Shown here in pieces: positions 36,301-36,570 of a stretch of DNA of 36,570 nucleotides (positions are counted from its first letter, which is position 1; each line of letters starts with the position of its first letter). Below the pieces are notes generated by a model. The model was not told where the DNA came from, searched no databases, and saw only the letters and a list, made by a program, of their open reading frames with translations. The position numbers were made by a program, and so were the translations under genes. This DNA comes from a virus (Duplodnaviria; Caudoviricetes). The DNA is taken from positions 1 through 36,570 of the IMG/VR virus record IMGVR_UViG_3300030330_002695, one strand, 5' to 3'.

Positions 36301-36564
36301 AATGAAAATTTATATATACATAGTAATACTGTTGCTGGTATAAGATACGCTGTAAAAGCTAGTAATTTTACAGTAACTAGTAATGATCCTCTTATAACAA
36401 TTACAAAAACAAATTTAGGTGTAGCTGGAACTTACGACAATGTTGTTAAAATTAATATAACAAGAACATATAATTCTAATGATAGATTTCCTGATATTAA
36501 CACAATAACCTATATACAGTTTGTTGAAAGTGGTGATGGTATAATTTTAGCAACAGATCAATAA
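24391..36564 (+). CDS. giant tail tubular/stabilisation (nozzle/muzzle-type) protein with inserted beta-rich domains (4057 aa)
   Basis: GKMNKDLDERLVP, LFWTDNNSEPKKINI, FAYRWKY, NRLLYGNY, GNGVESNRIRDDFN, YGSIQKL, KEGKWF blocks separated by G/S/T/N-rich inserts. Confidence 0.7.
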   Translation: MPEIKNTFLSGKMNKDLDERLVPNNQYIDAFNVVGSTPAGDNTGTLQNSLGNLNKSSLSTYITGGKVIGSCVDRVNDKIYWFITGTHVDAIAEYDSKTEKVVPVLVDYVNSDLIINEEPTAGNWTISSSAWTLTPGSPNYATAVDSLSGNLTFDNGSTLFREGLKYKLTYKIKSGSTTTNDFKLKQHGYGGTDIPLETGTSTFEMIWLQGSTNLDKLVFTHNGANLELEDVTVQQVEESFLNFDPSKLITGVNLLDGMLFWTDNNSEPKKINIEKCKAGAYNILNSPNDTKNWTYTTKNIDPNGNVRGNITESDITVIKEYPLHAPKMSLFNTTKEPDLVLESTCTTPLNTTYDYNKPYWLGTSEGGGSSDIIEYKGYIFGYLSEDIVFHTGADRHYRKPQMLFDGLYFKDDADNTLIDYNSGDTGSDLIYPWHRRSPDAVYKDGKGLKYWEYKDNPQNPFTSLSSSEYEKRAWNLWASLETTNHILIVKPDGTKMQISNGTRGKDLYGDRFYLQPKANDKFEEHDNNGVRFGEKGDQIVFFDWFYNNNHSFWTYIDGDGTEFVKPPGTSKLAAKDSDGISLKDNAPHSLDPIILDNDEHFLSTPSDFHTSWTVGPGPDLSAQAEGIDYSQRTIILGAAADTTSAIPSPSGLNIQANGWQTAQRLVTGLKSRRVYLVRIKVRLTNKGIATTQTVNGTFTNVADIVLDSVSGLSVGMYVVGVSSGSLAGAPEITAINSNTITLSIPQTFADGITLSFADYYSICGVTTSDHTGTLTWAPTTSTDDVNDTIHEAGSDAYSGAIYNFGWRLGNSAEADGGPNSDGIYILGGLVTVQNRSTTNSDVWDTDEYEASLNFFKRNNAAVEILSIESNVYASNTIKIQELVFEPKPDYEVGDVIKMTNTTKANNGDDINVTVKLLEENTKEYGQDDYPHDTWPASANTRSLTWADGHQRGVAIFDTTVDSAISNPNDSTYWVAEGSLTLGKNEITCSGLAIGNSRKIRFKNTQGSPTNFLTAGTCYQLEYKVSGHADANNPEDAGYLVLNTANKFNTHLPYDPSNPNNTPSALYSIVIPYHQKHTAVSGNKTLHYATFTPSADTYLDQIELGFAGWNGTLTDLKLYPLTKTEVDIGSQGSNENRKIFNAEIVSIDNKLLQLTREERRYWDCELIEQDPIYENIFPRFAYRWKYRDGEYSAISAFTEVAFLPNEEYVYDAKNGYNLAMTNNVRKIVLKDFQTTPKNVIEVDILYKESDSNSIYTITTITQNELDTFTKYEITKEQLHALVESNQMLRPYDNVPRKAKAQEITANRLLYGNYTQQYNLPSSQLPQITANIATSILDISGNSFPSFGKSIKSIRNYQVGLSFLDKFGRQSPVFSNTNLNENSLINLPQVYSKTANSIRAKLTNNPPDWVTHYKFFVKDSANEYHNISLDRFYQGENESHFWLSFSSADFNKVQEDDYLIIKKQHDSDIAIEPAKTLKYKVLAKQGSPPDFLRIARVLVGGRIDSSGTNAAGTKFSNLNTHAIVGDGLEFASQSSYGGSTAGYPLVNKTTFRLRGDIVDANSALKEALLQSQADRYIRIGKNNSSKVNDISNYYEILSVTRVDGDNTLGYGESGDYYEFTLLKPLDIDASFVGESYSDSRNLFLEYYAQDFLAYDSSFEGKFFVKLLKDADLDFHIARKQRLTDAALNIVNTQETNWAFCWENNSTINTNADIGQDTDNWLTQTSNFKWIAGYPGGVNDPYNAINSIYNGSTVTDYHGETIDYQFDSDTPGSNLNIVVFDNVNMGSGLVNSTALTVDDDGGLAVGHYLVWSDAHGADYDPARILGLPGSNVVTLDKPKSFPDDALLKFSKGISTSQTGTNVTRNPFTTTWKGTIGKSDWSADLSVGVTNADNVTQKFMIDQSWAWNWNHLSGPDWLHYSSQDPEIENARLGPGFVVGNSYCGFRFVGIGNVEAGTDGIIGTSDDTNSWYDNGQPLSVEMFDNYNLLKQLRTEGTKFRWSNDPTQTIYTIKSFFGAPVKNYKRGDIINAHNDDPVKSNQGYRIYLQLDKPIVWSPTSTIASGFANNEGGTHTPLTPYGDGAHGTSTSSTSRLEILEYKPSETTYTSDNPAVFEVEPKKRADLNLYYETSEMQMVLKNGMFIEALNNTDVNDGNTVGGNYSGVQDVGTIYAPSGNAKLGYIGGPNGINGFPNKNDIPKSRIIVNPDQPNKFRISPDNTQINSGLPAGITIRISERDDDNFVKYFKDYILPVAVNLGDGLAAFANWITLDLEKLNWHNCFAFGNGVESNRIRDDFNAITIDKGPRVSTTLETDYSEEIKRSSLIYSGMYNSLSGVNKLNEFIQAEKITKDLNPEYGSIQKLFTRNTNVVAFCEDKILKVLANKDALFNADGNSQLLSTNRVLGGVVPFVGEYGISTNPESFANFGYRVYFSDQARGAVLRLSADGLTPISDKGMVNYFKENLSASNNIIGSYDEHSHSYNLTLATTTIGFVEKSDGWTSFKSFLPESGVSLNGVYYTFKNGDMWKHHANTIRNNFYGIQYQSSIKFLMNNNPGVIKSFNTLNYEGTQSREYDETGQNTLNKKGWYVNSIETDLQSGKIEYFKNKEGKWFNNIVGIAATESNIDPKEFTSQGLGLLSSINTGGHPNYKTLSIRGVYGTSLGNTSFGLTGVVSGAYQNANFNYNSPSGTYAFGNQNASPAVTTGWTTRNNSSFEIGASTQNWLEADYHIGDVEYYVMDIFTGLVEGHTYDISAKVIEANLNVTQGNVTLTQLLYPQSIENINVDIMPFSSGVVSNYYLQLVENPDFESVNFVPGNIPGTNLIGNHDFKQIAYHYHKGANSKKGFDVANSGYSFSELGGYIGDTGDNGSGVGWSFLTNSSGTVNNWVNELRIDGYATPFLGHNASNTNGFYSAKSIDYLQLSAGGARPHFGGTNFLNDATYPSDFGTTYPSANHTDETGFNFFIAGRGANALPIVYPSQLNSHTLRQYKSYYVESKVMLGKNANTNEGFNGIMFGLGGFQGVAGQSHPDGQNGGVFYNADGSTSHSGTQKQHGGGYFPANVSMLTPQSYMSIIPSTNDAESGRYGQLRDGFDGNSTAQTCVKYLATGDNGSGYGPLNSIWFVARDYDADAGSLTQSSGVTGYWQFFGFTLYELDPNDHWDMSSGDWKIEYENDGGEQNVGGTINAHAKIHNMGVSPQSGSRPFAAANPSGTHILKSDITLVQGDTYNCTLHISGWTDNWSSGSTTLKLYAGGTEQSIPHQNGSFTMTITCGTTDTDFKIIAPTSEITVSDSTIFNQAFDGSIHSVELTSTTPQTADTSISTSWNFGTNWETGYSGTASSPTASWAQNVGGSGGTATSGKLEASLILDMVTGYDYDVEFDLTLTSGSIVLKTETAGGSPTTIATYNTVGTTLETITISPSAPQTKIYLEGSSFIGEVDNFTVTKFGSQWTVNGNWSLPVGNFLQRSSGGSTDFAIMDSDFDVSSAIDSLSNDISGDWDKKCYELKFEIYDKTAGNVVAYLDTDPIDAGGTGNGHKIINFTPTQGGQIGYGTWTNKRIKFESDDFAGKIDNISLNLLGADWEVNRQSQVFNPSTMPDTWIFKQEVGTTEYAPSFSSWTAVVQGAPNTQWSESSGTLTAVAKSSTTPQYFYFEHTPTAGDRYRIQLTSVSVSAGSFQVMTASHPYVNWTARSKGEIISSGDGTYYYDWNPISSSTHRIAIVDVNSFSNGAAATGAGTFGGFSLKKYDDVALHAQTPSFTHSGNTGYWMNDSLTVLSSYTLVDGQTYRFSLDYTKSQGSFKVTNSDGSVVYATVNAGDPDNSSLTDVDFVANNGFAFLIDGSANVGFIGKITNFELHETVITQGNSPTSPIVGFSTINMGNISNIGDLTRSDNGVISANFVYTRDADNYPDSSGISVFKGDGIGCKVGEFEIIDVTGTEFSSSEANIGFSEKWVVNISNSDSTIESAIINNNYVVNSNNTNINENLYIHSNTVAGIRYAVKASNFTVTSNDPLITITKTNLGVAGTYDNVVKINITRTYNSNDRFPDINTITYIQFVESGDGIILATDQ

Positions 36565-36570
36565 TATGGC

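Noticed and set aside
36566-36570. Start of next gene (ATGGC)
   Set aside because: Only five bases are visible, so it cannot be called.

Overview
AT-rich segment of a lytic tailed dsDNA phage, probably a podovirus-type phage of a Bacteroidota host. The host is an inference from AT-rich, Shine-Dalgarno-less leaders and a gene order resembling crAss-like and flavobacterial phages. The window has two divergent halves. (1) Bases 1-4710, minus strand: an early-type region of about 18 very small ORFs, many missing from the supplied track. They are punctuated by seven copies of a bipartite motif (TAAATACGAA-N7-AGATAATA). Interleaved are structured non-coding elements: two copies of an unassigned multi-stem RNA with compensatory base changes, a 41-nt tRNA-elbow mimic, and a ~290-nt structured stretch ending in a T-arm. 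This half also encodes two paralogous mini-lipoproteins and an ArfA-like basic peptide. (2) Bases 5078-36570, plus strand: basic proteins, groEL-groES, two sets of tandem paralogues, holins, a LamG-like protein, a tandem GroES-like protein, terminase, portal, scaffold, major capsid protein, head-tail proteins and a 4057-aa tail/stabilisation protein. The divergence zone carries TGACA repeats, a 20-bp repeat and a four-tract G-quadruplex motif. All calls were made by eye; no database search or folding program was run.
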